Below, piece by piece: positions 1 to 9,441 of a DNA stretch of 48,168 nucleotides (the first letter of the stretch is position 1; every line of letters starts with the position of its first letter). The translations under genes and the position numbers were made by a program. The stretch spans positions 1 to 48,168 of the IMG/VR virus record IMGVR_UViG_3300021082_000037; one strand, given 5' to 3'. This stretch comes from a virus. Its lineage: Duplodnaviria; Caudoviricetes. The notes beneath the pieces are model-generated. The model saw nothing but the letters and a program-made list of their open reading frames with translations. It made no database searches and had not been told where the DNA came from.

Positions 1-11
1 AGGGGCTGCTC
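1..11. repeat. Terminal overlap AGGGGCTGCTC, identical to 48158-48168 (circular closure)
   Basis: First and last 11 nt are identical; merging them restores an in-frame ORF across the junction. Confidence 0.85.
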
Positions 12-43
12 TTGGGCACGGTGGTTGGGGGCTTCAGCGCCAC
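1..43 (-). CDS. 5' part of the junction-spanning putative ejection protein (continues at 48168-47256)
   Basis: GTG at 43 reads MALKPPTTVPKSSP and continues YYYLGNVAPVKPLNVPG in frame via the 11-nt overlap. Confidence 0.75.
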   Translation of the reverse strand, partial: MALKPPTTVPKSSP

Positions 44-55
44 AGGAGGATGCTA

Positions 56-883
56 CTACCCGGTCGTGATGACATAGGCCACGACGCCGTAGCCGGGGGT
101 GTCCTGACCGCCCCCTCCGCTGGTGTCCCCGTCCACGTTGGCGTCTCCCGTACCCGTACCGGAGCCGGAACCGGAGCCTCCGCCGGAGCCGGAGAAGTTG
201 TGGGCGTGGGCACCTGCTCCGCCCGTACCGACGTTCGTGTAGTTGAGGCTGTCGACCGGATCGAAGAACGGCCCGGCCGTGCCCTGCTGGCGGGTCACGT
301 AGTTCGGCCCGGAGAGGTTGTAGCCGTGGGCGTGGTCCCCGACCCCGTCGGTCGCGCCGGAGACGGAGACGCCGACCGAGACGGAGACGCTGACCGAGGA
401 CGTGACCGGCACCACCTTCGTGAAGTGGTGGTGGTGGCTCGGGCCGCGGCTGCCAGCTGCCCGGCCGTCGGTCGCCGCGAGCGGCATCGAGCCGACGCCG
501 TAGAGAGAGCGGTCACGCAGGTCGGGGACGGTGAACGTCGTCCCGGTCGCCGGTCCCCAGACGGTGCCGATGATCTCGAACAGCTTCGGATAGTCGTCGA
601 TCAGGACGACCTGGCCGTTGCAGGGCAGAGCGCCGAGCGGCACGACTGCGCCGCCGTAGGGGAGGATCACGCCGGGCGAGATGTTCTTCAGCGAGCCGAC
701 GCCGCCGGGGGTCAGGGCACCGAAGATCGAGGAGGCGGGAAGCTGGATCCCCGACTGCTCGATGAAGCGCTTCAGCCAGTTGAGGTACTCCGGCGGGAAC
801 AGGGTCGGGTCGCCGAAGTTGTACTCGATGCTCTGCTTGCGGCGCTCGACATCGACGATCCCCTCGTCGTGGTAGCCGCTCAC
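56..883 (-). CDS. Tail-collar-domain fibre/appendage protein
   Basis: PGVILPYGG...LPCNGQ...YPKLFEIIGTVWG...TFTVPDLR tail-collar signature, H-x-H repeats and C-terminal YVI motif. Confidence 0.8.
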   Translation of the reverse strand: MSGYHDEGIVDVERRKQSIEYNFGDPTLFPPEYLNWLKRFIEQSGIQLPASSIFGALTPGGVGSLKNISPGVILPYGGAVVPLGALPCNGQVVLIDDYPKLFEIIGTVWGPATGTTFTVPDLRDRSLYGVGSMPLAATDGRAAGSRGPSHHHHFTKVVPVTSSVSVSVSVGVSVSGATDGVGDHAHGYNLSGPNYVTRQQGTAGPFFDPVDSLNYTNVGTGGAGAHAHNFSGSGGGSGSGSGTGTGDANVDGDTSGGGGQDTPGYGVVAYVITTG

Positions 884-2409
884 GTCGTGACCTTGGCTCG
901 ATCCTGGTTCGTGCGCTCGATCCCGACGGAGAAGAAGCGGTGCACCCGCGAGGGCGTCAGAGCCGAGACGCGGACCATGATCCCGTAGCCGCGCCTGCCC
1001 ACGTCGACCCGCTTGCGCGTGTAGACGAGCGCGTCAGGCATCCGCCCGGCCTCGGTCCAGCCCGTCACCGCGCCGCTCGCGGTGTCGATGTCGGAGGGAT
1101 CCGGCGGGTCGGTGCGGAACTCGACGAGGACGCCGTCGGCTGTCTCCGCCCTGGTGAAGGACTGGTGATGGTAGGAGGTGTAGATGTTCCGCAGCCGGGT
1201 CAGCCCCTCCTCCTCGCCCATCCGCTCGAAGCCGGTCGTGAACGAGGAGAGGACGGGGACGCCGTTGCCATCGACGTAGTCCGAGGTCGTCAGCGGCAGC
1301 GGGTCCATGAACATCGTCGAGACGCGAGCGAGCCTGTTGGTGCCGAGGTGGCCGACCCAGCACTGCTCCATCGCCGACTCCGACTGGATGTAGCAGGTGG
1401 CCGGGAAGTTCGTGAAGCGGAACCAGGAGCGCGTGTTGAGATCGCAGACGAGGGTGAAGCTGACCGGCACCCCGGAGACGCTGGCGTTGACGGTGACGAG
1501 CAGGTAGTCGAGGAAGATCCCGCAGGAGACGCCCTGGTCGGTGACCCTGCTGCCGTAGGCCATCCGCCAGAAGTCGCCCATGCCGCCAAGCTCGGCCAGG
1601 TTGCGGACGGTGGAGCCGTCGGTCAGGAAGACCCCGCGCTCGTCGGCGAAGATGATGTTCTCGCGCCAGGGCACGATGGTGTGCGGCAGGGTGCAGCCGA
1701 CCTGCTCGGTCAGCGTCTCGGCGAACATGTCGTCCACCTCGATGTCGGTGCCGGGCGGGATCGATCCCCGGATCCTCTCGATGGCGGCGGGATGGAAGAC
1801 GAGGATCTGGCCTGCCATCGCGGCGAGGCCGGTGACCTCGTTGTTGGTCCCGATCCAGGCCTGCGCGTCCCATGCAGAGACAGGGCCTCCGGCGTCTTCG
1901 AGCGGCGAGAAGCTGACCCTGGAGGGATTGGCCGGGTCGCCGCCGAGGACGAGCCTGCCCTTGTAGGGGATCCCCACCTTCGCCTTCGGAGCGCTCGCAG
2001 GCAGCGAGACGGCGGCGGCGCTGAAGGTGACCACCTTCGGCACGGTCGCTCCGGCTCCGTCCATGAAGTAGACGCGGTCGTTGAGCTTGACCCCGTTCTG
2101 GACCATCGTCGCCGGGCCTGCGCCGTAGGCCGTGCCGACGCCGGTCGTCGGGTTCACGTCCAGGACCTGCGAGTTCGAGACGACCAGCAGCTTCAGCCCT
2201 CCGGTGAAGGCGGCGTGATAGCCGCCCCAGATCGAGCCTGCGTAGGCGGGGCTGAAGTAGACCCAGGAGCCGCGCTGATCGATCCGCGCTCCCTTGCGAT
2301 TGGGGACCGCGTCGACCAGATCCCAGAGGTAGCCGGAGGGGAGGGAGTCGACCGCGAAGTCCCGCGTCATCCCCTTGATGTTCTTGAAGATCTCGACCGG
2401 CTGGGCCAC
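880..2409 (-). CDS. Podovirus tail nozzle / DNA-stabilisation protein (P22 gp10 / T7 gp12-like)
   Basis: 509 aa beta-rich protein with YKGRLVL, RVSFS, VGC, IIFADERGVF motifs; lies directly after the adaptor. Confidence 0.65.
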   Translation of the reverse strand: MAQPVEIFKNIKGMTRDFAVDSLPSGYLWDLVDAVPNRKGARIDQRGSWVYFSPAYAGSIWGGYHAAFTGGLKLLVVSNSQVLDVNPTTGVGTAYGAGPATMVQNGVKLNDRVYFMDGAGATVPKVVTFSAAAVSLPASAPKAKVGIPYKGRLVLGGDPANPSRVSFSPLEDAGGPVSAWDAQAWIGTNNEVTGLAAMAGQILVFHPAAIERIRGSIPPGTDIEVDDMFAETLTEQVGCTLPHTIVPWRENIIFADERGVFLTDGSTVRNLAELGGMGDFWRMAYGSRVTDQGVSCGIFLDYLLVTVNASVSGVPVSFTLVCDLNTRSWFRFTNFPATCYIQSESAMEQCWVGHLGTNRLARVSTMFMDPLPLTTSDYVDGNGVPVLSSFTTGFERMGEEEGLTRLRNIYTSYHHQSFTRAETADGVLVEFRTDPPDPSDIDTASGAVTGWTEAGRMPDALVYTRKRVDVGRRGYGIMVRVSALTPSRVHRFFSVGIERTNQDRAKVTT

Positions 2410-2412
2410 GGG

Positions 2413-3090
2413 CTACCCGCCCATGAAGTACGAGGCGTCCGGCACCCGGCCGACCGTCCGCATCGGGTTGCGCCTGCGCGGCGCACCCGGCGTCACGCGC
2501 TTGGCGAGGATCCTCTTGACCTTGGCGATCTCACCGCCGTTGCCGTCCTGGCCCTCGTACTGGATCCGCCACGTCTCGCCGTTGCGAGACGCCTCATGCT
2601 GCATGTACTCCCCGCCCTTCCAGAAGCAGTATGTGAGGATCGTCGGGTGGAACTCCTCGGCGAGGCCTCCGTACTGGGGGTCGGAGGGCGACTGCGTCCC
2701 GGCCGACATCTTGAGGGGGCGGAAGACGCCGAAGCAGCGGAGCGTCTTCTCGCCGATGGGCGAGATCCAGAGCATCGGCTCCTCGTAGGCGTAGCCCCTG
2801 CCGCCCTGGCGCTGGATCTGCTCGATGTCCTCCCGCGTGAAGCGGTCGAGGAAGCCGTGCTCGTCGGCGATGTCGAGCAGGGAGATGATCGCGAAGGTGG
2901 ACATGTCGTGGGTCTGGGTGTCCGCCGTCGTCGTCATGTTGATCACCCGTGCGTTCGGCCGCGTCCGGGCGACGATGTCGCAGACCGCCTCGAAGATCAG
3001 GTCGGTGGCGAAGGTCGTCTCGGAGAACGTCGTGTCGTCCTGGAGGCCGAGCGTGTACTTGATCCGGTCGAGCAGCTGATCACGGGTCAC
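2413..3090 (-). CDS. Head-tail adaptor (tail tubular protein A-like)
   Basis: Probable GTG start at 3090 (VTRDQLLDRIK); LAEEFHPTILTY motif typical of adaptors; position. Confidence 0.6.
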   Translation of the reverse strand: MTRDQLLDRIKYTLGLQDDTTFSETTFATDLIFEAVCDIVARTRPNARVINMTTTADTQTHDMSTFAIISLLDIADEHGFLDRFTREDIEQIQRQGGRGYAYEEPMLWISPIGEKTLRCFGVFRPLKMSAGTQSPSDPQYGGLAEEFHPTILTYCFWKGGEYMQHEASRNGETWRIQYEGQDGNGGEIAKVKRILAKRVTPGAPRRRNPMRTVGRVPDASYFMGG

Positions 3091-3304
3091 TCGCTGGTAC
3101 CCCCTCCAGTGCCACCTGTCCATTGGCGCTCTCGGCCAGGTTGGCTGCGTCGATGTCCTCCTGCAGCTTAGAGACGTACTCGCTGAGGTGGTCGGGCGTG
3201 TAGAGCACGGTCGGCGGCGACATCTGCTCGCCCGTGATCCGGCCCTCCTCGTCGCGCTCCAGCACGACAGCCTGGACGATGATCTTCAGTAGCTCTGCTG
3301 ACAT
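3080..3304 (-). CDS. Small protein after the tail fibre (possible fibre chaperone)
   Basis: ATG at 3304 with GAAGGGA upstream; 74 aa; phage-like codon usage. Confidence 0.6.
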   Translation of the reverse strand: MSAELLKIIVQAVVLERDEEGRITGEQMSPPTVLYTPDHLSEYVSKLQEDIDAANLAESANGQVALEGVPASDP

Positions 3305-3314
3305 GGGTCCCTTC

Positions 3315-5801
3315 CTAGACGATTCCGTAGACAGACATCTTCGAGCCAGCGACGAAGCCGTTGGCCGACCCCCCATCCGAGAAGGCCTGGATCTGGGTGA
3401 TTGCGTCAGTGAAGTCGAGGCACTCGGCACCCTGGACGCCGTGCCTGACATCGTTGCCGCTGCCGGAGAACCCGCACCGGGCGATGAACCTCGACAGCAG
3501 GTGCTTCTTCATTCCGGTCATCGAGTAGTAGGGGATCTCGATCACGGAGACTCCCCACTCGTTCGCTGCCGAGCCGGAGTTTCCCGTCACCCAGGCGAAG
3601 TAGCCTCGATCCGTGATGTCGGAGTCGGTGACGTTGCCCCGGTTGTAGTAGCCCGAGCCGACGCCGTTGAAGCGAATCGAGGCCTTGTCCCCGTCGCCGC
3701 CCGTGTTGCTCTTCGCGACGATCTCGACCCGCAGGTGGCGGTAGGTCCCAGGGATGCTGGCAACTTCGAGCCACCCCGCCGCCCCGAGGACATGCTCTGC
3801 GATCAGGACCATCGTCCCCGCAGCCGCCTTCGTCTGCACCGAGCCGTCCGAGAACTTGACTCCCGTCGCGCCGACCTCGATCTGTCCGTCTGTCTTGAGG
3901 ACGCCAGCGGCTGCGCGGTAGAGGTTCGTGTCGAGCGCGTTGCCGAAGAAGATCGTCGGAGCGCCCGTGGACAGCCCGGTGTTGGTGGTCAGGCGGATCT
4001 GCCCTACCGCGCCATCCATCGAGCCGACCTGCCCACCCGCTACGAAGTGGGCGCTCGCCTTCAGGACGCTCGCCGCCGAGCGGACGAGGTTCACGTCCGG
4101 CCCGACTGCACCACCTGGCCCCCAGGCCATGTCGCCGTTGCGGTCAAGCTGGAAGCCGGGGTAGGTGTCGCCCTTCGCCCACCAGGCCCGGAGGGCGGGA
4201 GCACCGGAGCCACGGAACAGATCGACGGTGGAGTCGGTACCGATGAAGCCAGGGGACTGCTGGTAGAAGCCGACCTTGACCCAGGCCGACCAGGTGCCGT
4301 TGAGTTGCCGCCGCTCGAAGACCTGCGAGTCAGCGGTTGTCGTGAAGTCCCAGACGCGCTGGATCCGCCAGCCAGCCGCGCCGTGCGCGATCACCTCACC
4401 CTGCGTCCAGCCCGTCAGTGCTGCTGGGCCGTTGAGGGTACCTCCTCCCCCCATGTACCAGCCGTTGTCGAGCGCGGCGTCCCAGTCGGTGATCGTCTTG
4501 CAGACCTTGCCGATCCGCCCCTGGTCCGGGTCGATCTCGCCACTGCTGCTCATATGCCCCTGGAGTCGCAGCATCCCGGCCGCGCTTCGGTAGATGTGCA
4601 CGTCGAGTGCGCTGCCCCAGTAGAGGCTGTTGCCGGTGGAGTCGTTGTCCACCACGAAGCCGCCAGCGACCCGCAGCGACCTGCTGAACGCCATCCCGTT
4701 CGCGTCGTAGCGGTAGAGGGAGTGATCGGCGACAGCCGCGCCCGACCCGAACAGGATCGAGCCGTTGGCCGCGATCATGATCCGGTAACCGCCGCTGTCG
4801 GCAGCCTGCTTGGCAATGAAGGCGTAGCCGTTACTGGCGAGGTAGTCGGCGTAGAAGGCGGTGCCGTTGCTCTCTCCCATGAGCGAGAAGATCGACTTCC
4901 CTGCCTGGAAGTACCCGTCCGTCTTCAGGATCCCGGCCCCGACCCGGTACAGGTTCGCGTCGGCGGCAGCCGCGCCTCCCGGCCCCCAGTCCATCTTCCC
5001 GTTGCCGTCGATCTTGAAGCGGTACGCGGCCTCGGTGTCGAGCCAGGTGCCGAGAATCAGGTTCGCCGCCGATGTCTTCGTGTTGATGTCGAGCGTGCCG
5101 TCCGACATCATCAGGTTCTCGGTGACAAGCTGATGAGCCGCGCCACGGGCGAGCCAGGTGTCGGGAGGGACAGCCCCGTCGCCCCAGTACATCGTCCCCT
5201 GCGCGTAGATCTCGAAGCGGTCCTGCGAGGCCCCGTCCTGCCAGGTCGCGAAGGCGAGGTCTTCAACGTCGGCAGCGGACTTGCCGAAGGCTCCGCGAAT
5301 GTTCAGGTTGCCGTCGCTCTTCAGCGTCCCCGCCGAGACGCGGTAGAGGTTCGCGTCTACCGCAGTCGCTCCCCCTGGACCCCAGGAGATCTTGCCGTTG
5401 CCGTCGATCCTGATCCGGGGATTGGCATCGCTGGCGGGGGCGTAGTGCGAGATCATGGCCGACGCGCCCGGCGACGACCCGCCCGTCCAGATGCCCCAGT
5501 CGTGGTTGACGTTGAGGGCACCGTCGAGCTTCGCCACTCCCCCCGTCAGGCGGTAGAGGCTGATGTCGGGGGCGCTCGCCCCTCCTGCCCCCCACTGCAA
5601 CAGGCCGTCGGCCCCGAGACGGAACGAGGGCTGAGTGTCCCCGGCCGTGTAGCGGTTGCGGATCAGGTGAGCGGTCGAGGGAGTGACGACCACGTCCGCG
5701 GGGATCCCGACCGCAGCCGCGAGGCCCTGCTCCAGCTTGTTCAGGTTGGCAGCGTTGACGGGGGTGACGCCGTCGACCCAGTTGGTAGGCGTGTAGGGCA
5801 T
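3315..5801 (-). CDS. Tail fibre / receptor-binding protein with internal repeats
   Basis: N-terminal YTPTNWVDG...AANLNKLEQG anchor; about 8 repeats of WGxGG..D.NLYR..AG.LK.DG; knob-like DWDAALDNGWY...GTWSAW segment. Confidence 0.85.
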   Translation of the reverse strand: MPYTPTNWVDGVTPVNAANLNKLEQGLAAAVGIPADVVVTPSTAHLIRNRYTAGDTQPSFRLGADGLLQWGAGGASAPDISLYRLTGGVAKLDGALNVNHDWGIWTGGSSPGASAMISHYAPASDANPRIRIDGNGKISWGPGGATAVDANLYRVSAGTLKSDGNLNIRGAFGKSAADVEDLAFATWQDGASQDRFEIYAQGTMYWGDGAVPPDTWLARGAAHQLVTENLMMSDGTLDINTKTSAANLILGTWLDTEAAYRFKIDGNGKMDWGPGGAAAADANLYRVGAGILKTDGYFQAGKSIFSLMGESNGTAFYADYLASNGYAFIAKQAADSGGYRIMIAANGSILFGSGAAVADHSLYRYDANGMAFSRSLRVAGGFVVDNDSTGNSLYWGSALDVHIYRSAAGMLRLQGHMSSSGEIDPDQGRIGKVCKTITDWDAALDNGWYMGGGGTLNGPAALTGWTQGEVIAHGAAGWRIQRVWDFTTTADSQVFERRQLNGTWSAWVKVGFYQQSPGFIGTDSTVDLFRGSGAPALRAWWAKGDTYPGFQLDRNGDMAWGPGGAVGPDVNLVRSAASVLKASAHFVAGGQVGSMDGAVGQIRLTTNTGLSTGAPTIFFGNALDTNLYRAAAGVLKTDGQIEVGATGVKFSDGSVQTKAAAGTMVLIAEHVLGAAGWLEVASIPGTYRHLRVEIVAKSNTGGDGDKASIRFNGVGSGYYNRGNVTDSDITDRGYFAWVTGNSGSAANEWGVSVIEIPYYSMTGMKKHLLSRFIARCGFSGSGNDVRHGVQGAECLDFTDAITQIQAFSDGGSANGFVAGSKMSVYGIV

Positions 5802-5834
5802 CAGACCGGAGTATGGACGTAGGGACGGATCACA

Positions 5835-7616
5835 TCAGCCTCTCTCGATGGTCGGGACGAGGACCCAGTCCTCTTCCTCGGTCGGGACCAGAGTCCCCGT
5901 GGCCTCGGCCGTCGGGACGAGGACGCCGCTGCCCTCCGTGGTCGGGACCAGGATCCAACTGCCCTCCGTGGTCGGCGGCAGGAGCGCGTTTCCGGGCACT
6001 GTCGGCAGCAGCCAGCCGTAGTCGAGCCGCTTGATCTTGACCTCGGCCTTGCCGACGACCTGACTCGCGAGCGCGAGCCGCAGCCCGAGCACGGAGAGCA
6101 CCTCGGCCTGTCCCCCGACCTGGGCGAAGAAGCCGTGGGTCTGGTTCATCCGCACATCGAGGTTCCCCTTGCCGTCGACTGCGACCGCGAACGGGGTGCT
6201 GGTGCGGATCTCGATCTCAAGCTCGGCCTGCCCGTTGATCGTGGAGGGGAAGTTCCGCGTGATCACGGGCGAGAAGCTGATCACCGCGTGCGGCCCTGAG
6301 TCCCCGCCGCAGATGAAGGTGCCGACGAGGTGCTCGCCGCAGAGCGGGACGACGGTGGAGATCGCGATCTCGAACGTGATCAGCCGCGAGGACTGAGCCT
6401 GGAGCGCCCCCACTCCGGCGACCGTGGCCGAGAAGGTCGCGAGCTTGTTCAGCTGGGGCGAGACGGCTGCCGCGCCCTGAACCGTGGCGGCGAGGCCCGT
6501 CGACTTGCTCGCCTGGGGCAGGACTGTTCCCGTTCCGGCGATCCCGGCCGCGAAGAGGACGACCCCGCCGAGCGGTGGGGTGACGGTGAGGTCGGGAGTG
6601 ACCGCTGCCGCGCCGCCGACCGACGCCGCCATCCCGCGGCTGACCGCCTGCTGGGCGCTGAGGCTCCCTGTCCTGGCGATGGAGGCCGCGAGGTCGCGGG
6701 TGATCCCGAGCGCCGCCGCGAGCGAACCCTGCCCGGCGATCAGGCCGTCGAGGAAGTCCATCCTGACGATCTGGAGGTCGACCGCGATCAGGTCCTCGGT
6801 GCCGACGAGGAACTCGCCTGCATAATGCTCCCCCGCATAAGGCTGGTTCGTCTGCAGCAAGATCGCGAAGGTGACAGGCAGAGCCATCTCGACCGAGACG
6901 GCCGCTGCCTCGGAGAGCGCGGCTGCGAGCGAGTGGATCTTGTTGACCTGCGGCGCGACGGACGCTGCTCTTGCGATGGCGACGGCGAAGTCGACCGTCA
7001 GCACCAGTTCCTCGACCTCGACCGTGACGGCGCGGTAGGCGGAGTTCGAGGAGGTGACCGTGACCGTGTCGGCGGTCGGGTTACCCGGCAGCGTGGCCCG
7101 TGTGTGGACGCTCATCAGGGCCGAGGCCCCGGCAGGCTGGATCGACTGGTTCGTCCAGTTGGTCGGCGGCGTCCCGACGGCGGTGACCGCCACCCCGCGG
7201 GTACCGACTCTGACCCCGAACGATGTGCCAGCCCCGCCCCCGTTGGCGAGGGTCAGGGCCGGGTAGATGATCGTCTGGGTGTTGTTGGCGTTCTGAACCG
7301 AGGAGCGAGCGGCCGAGGTCTGGAGCCGCTTACCCGCGCCGGGACGGAGGACGAGGACGCAGATGTGGGTGGCGCTGGTGAAGACGCCGGTCGTCGTCGT
7401 CGCCCCGGTGGCGAGGAAGGCGACGACCGTCAGGCCCATCGAGTTCGCGATCCCCGACTGCAGCGTGTCCCAGGCGGGGACGGTGCCACCGGCAGCAGGC
7501 TTGACCGGGGCAGCCGCAGTCCCTCGCGCTGCGACGATGATCAGATCCCCGGCCTGATGGGCCGGGATCGCGACAGAGGTAGCCGCCGCGGACGCTTGCC
7601 CGACGACTGTCGCCAC
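5835..7616 (-). CDS. Virion appendage / minor tail protein
   Basis: 593 aa Ala/Val/Thr-rich; PAHQAGDLIIV N-terminal domain, beta repeats, C-terminal LVPT repeats. Confidence 0.65.
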   Translation of the reverse strand: MATVVGQASAAATSVAIPAHQAGDLIIVAARGTAAAPVKPAAGGTVPAWDTLQSGIANSMGLTVVAFLATGATTTTGVFTSATHICVLVLRPGAGKRLQTSAARSSVQNANNTQTIIYPALTLANGGGAGTSFGVRVGTRGVAVTAVGTPPTNWTNQSIQPAGASALMSVHTRATLPGNPTADTVTVTSSNSAYRAVTVEVEELVLTVDFAVAIARAASVAPQVNKIHSLAAALSEAAAVSVEMALPVTFAILLQTNQPYAGEHYAGEFLVGTEDLIAVDLQIVRMDFLDGLIAGQGSLAAALGITRDLAASIARTGSLSAQQAVSRGMAASVGGAAAVTPDLTVTPPLGGVVLFAAGIAGTGTVLPQASKSTGLAATVQGAAAVSPQLNKLATFSATVAGVGALQAQSSRLITFEIAISTVVPLCGEHLVGTFICGGDSGPHAVISFSPVITRNFPSTINGQAELEIEIRTSTPFAVAVDGKGNLDVRMNQTHGFFAQVGGQAEVLSVLGLRLALASQVVGKAEVKIKRLDYGWLLPTVPGNALLPPTTEGSWILVPTTEGSGVLVPTAEATGTLVPTEEEDWVLVPTIERG

Positions 7617-7619
7617 GGG

Positions 7620-8210
7620 CTAGGTGTCCGTGTAGGAGAACGCCCCGGTGTTGATCTGCGCCGTGTCGCCGTTCTGGACGGCCTTGGCGGTCGTGAAGTC
7701 ACCCCAGAGGAGCAGGTTGTCCGCGGCCGTCTTCAGGTTGCCGTCGAACACCGCCAGCTGCGGGATCACCGCGGCGGCGTTCCAGTTGGCGGTGGCCGTC
7801 ACCCAGGTGATCGCGTTCGAGTTGACCTTCGCGGCCATCCCCGTGATCGAGGCGAAGTTGGTCGTGTTGTTCGTCTTCGCGACCCGGTCGTAAGAGCCAC
7901 CCGACACCTCGCCTGCGGTGTTGCCGACGTAGGCCGACATGTTCGTCCCTGCCGCCGTCGTCCAGAGGCCGAAGTAGACGGTGCCCGGAGCGGCGAAGGC
8001 GACCGCCCCGAGGACCTCGTTGCGGAGCTTCTCGGAGAAGTAGTTCGACTTCCCGCTCGCCATCAGCAGCAGGTCGAACCGCTTCTTCAGCCGCTTCAGC
8101 ATCTCGCGAGGGAGGTCTGCGTCACGCAGCGGCTCACGTAGAAGCTCCGCTGCCGCGCCGGGGTAGAGGCGGACCGGAGCGAACGTCACCGGCTGAAGCA
8201 CTGCGTCCAT
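7620..8210 (-). CDS. Virion structural protein (fibre-associated); alternative start at 8063
   Basis: SNY...YFGLWT...EVSGGSYDRVA...NLLLWGD pattern common in phage structural proteins. Confidence 0.7.
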   Translation of the reverse strand: MDAVLQPVTFAPVRLYPGAAAELLREPLRDADLPREMLKRLKKRFDLLLMASGKSNYFSEKLRNEVLGAVAFAAPGTVYFGLWTTAAGTNMSAYVGNTAGEVSGGSYDRVAKTNNTTNFASITGMAAKVNSNAITWVTATANWNAAAVIPQLAVFDGNLKTAADNLLLWGDFTTAKAVQNGDTAQINTGAFSYTDT

Positions 8211-8211
8211 G

Positions 8212-8490
8212 TCAAGCCTCCGTTGATCCGCTGCCGTGGATTTCGTCGACCTCTAGCTCGACGACGTTCTCGGGCTGCGACTGGGCAGGGTCGGTCGGAG
8301 TCGCGATCCGGTACTCCTCCGAGCCGTCGTCGGGATCCCCCGGAGCGAGGTCGATCTGGACGAGCCGGGCCACAGGCTCACCCTCCTCGGTGATCGCCCA
8401 GTGCGCGGTGAGGCCATCCTCGTCGGTGATGATGGCCTTCGGCCCGGTGTAGAGATCGCCGGGCGTCAGCTGTTGCTTTCGGGGAGCCAT
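8212..8490 (-). CDS. Hypothetical protein
   Basis: 92 aa ORF in operon, phage-like codon usage. Confidence 0.6.
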   Translation of the reverse strand: MAPRKQQLTPGDLYTGPKAIITDEDGLTAHWAITEEGEPVARLVQIDLAPGDPDDGSEEYRIATPTDPAQSQPENVVELEVDEIHGSGSTEA

Positions 8491-8810
8491 AGGTCACCCA
8501 TCCTCTCAAGCTCGTCGGACAGCTTCAGCCGCGAGCCGACGGTTTCCTCGCCGACATCATCGTGGCCCAGCTGGATCAGCTGCAGTTCCTTGACCGGGAA
8601 GCCGCAGGTTCCGCAGTTGTCGGGGAAGGCCCCCTGGGGGCGCAGGTCGGCGAAGCACTGGATGCAGAGGTGGCCCTGACGCAGCCACTCGAAGCCCTCC
8701 CGCGTGAAGGTGATCTTCGGCTCGTAGGCGAGCCTGCCCCCCGACAGCTGCCTCACGCGGGAGCGCTCGCCCTCGTCGATGTCGATGATCAGGCCATCGA
8801 GGTAGCTCAT
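8466..8810 (-). CDS. Zn-ribbon hypothetical protein
   Basis: ATG at 8810 overlaps the upstream stop (ATGA); CxxC...CxxC. Confidence 0.65.
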   Translation of the reverse strand: MSYLDGLIIDIDEGERSRVRQLSGGRLAYEPKITFTREGFEWLRQGHLCIQCFADLRPQGAFPDNCGTCGFPVKELQLIQLGHDDVGEETVGSRLKLSDELERMGDLWLPESNS

Positions 8811-9358
8811 GCGCTGACCGTCTCCTCCACCTGCTGGTCGGCGATCACGGCCTCCAGCGCCTCGATCACCTCGGCTCGGGCTGGCCCGAAGACGCGCTCG
8901 TAGGAGAGCGCCTGGCTCAGGTCGAAGCCCATCTCGACCAGGTTCGCGACCAGCTGGAAGGCGGGAAGCTCGGAGGTGTCCCACTTCGGGAAGGGCGCGT
9001 CGAGCGGCTTCTCGGTGGCGATGAAGAAGTCGTCGTTGAGCGGCTCCAACTCGACGAGCCGCGCCTCGACCAGCAGTCGCGTCTCCTCGTCCCAGCCCTG
9101 CTGCTCGGTGTCGAGCACGGAGAGCCGGTAGGCGATGTCGGCCGGAGTGGCCTCGTCGATGTGCTGGTAGCGACCCCGGAAGGCGAAGGTCTTGTGCGCC
9201 CTCTCGATCTCGACCTCGTAGATGGCGGCGTCCGCCATCGGCTTGAACTTGGCGTAGATCGGTTCCTGCGTGATCTGGATCGACCCGTCGCCCATGCCCT
9301 TCTGACGCTGCGGCTGGATCTGGATCCCGTACTCGCCGTACTGCGAGATCGCCCTCAT
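8807..9358 (-). CDS. Hypothetical protein after the capsid gene
   Basis: Strong SD GAGGAGGAG; 183 aa. Confidence 0.75.
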   Translation of the reverse strand: MRAISQYGEYGIQIQPQRQKGMGDGSIQITQEPIYAKFKPMADAAIYEVEIERAHKTFAFRGRYQHIDEATPADIAYRLSVLDTEQQGWDEETRLLVEARLVELEPLNDDFFIATEKPLDAPFPKWDTSELPAFQLVANLVEMGFDLSQALSYERVFGPARAEVIEALEAVIADQQVEETVSA

Positions 9359-9388
9359 CGCTCCTCCTCGGCCGTTGGCCTTGCTGTA

Positions 9389-9432
9389 TCGGGGGGTCCG
9401 GGCCGCAAGGCCGTGGACCCGTGACCCCCCGA
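9389..9432 (-). terminator. GC-rich stem-loop after the major capsid gene (possible terminator/attenuator)
   Basis: TCGGGGGGTC...GACCCCCCGA arms enclosing GGCC-GCAA-GGCC; no clear U tract. Confidence 0.45.
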
Positions 9433-9441
9433 TGCTACGTC

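Noticed and set aside
3315-7616. Diversity-generating retroelement acting on the tail fibre
   Set aside because: No reverse transcriptase and no near-identical TR/VR pair differing at adenines was seen.
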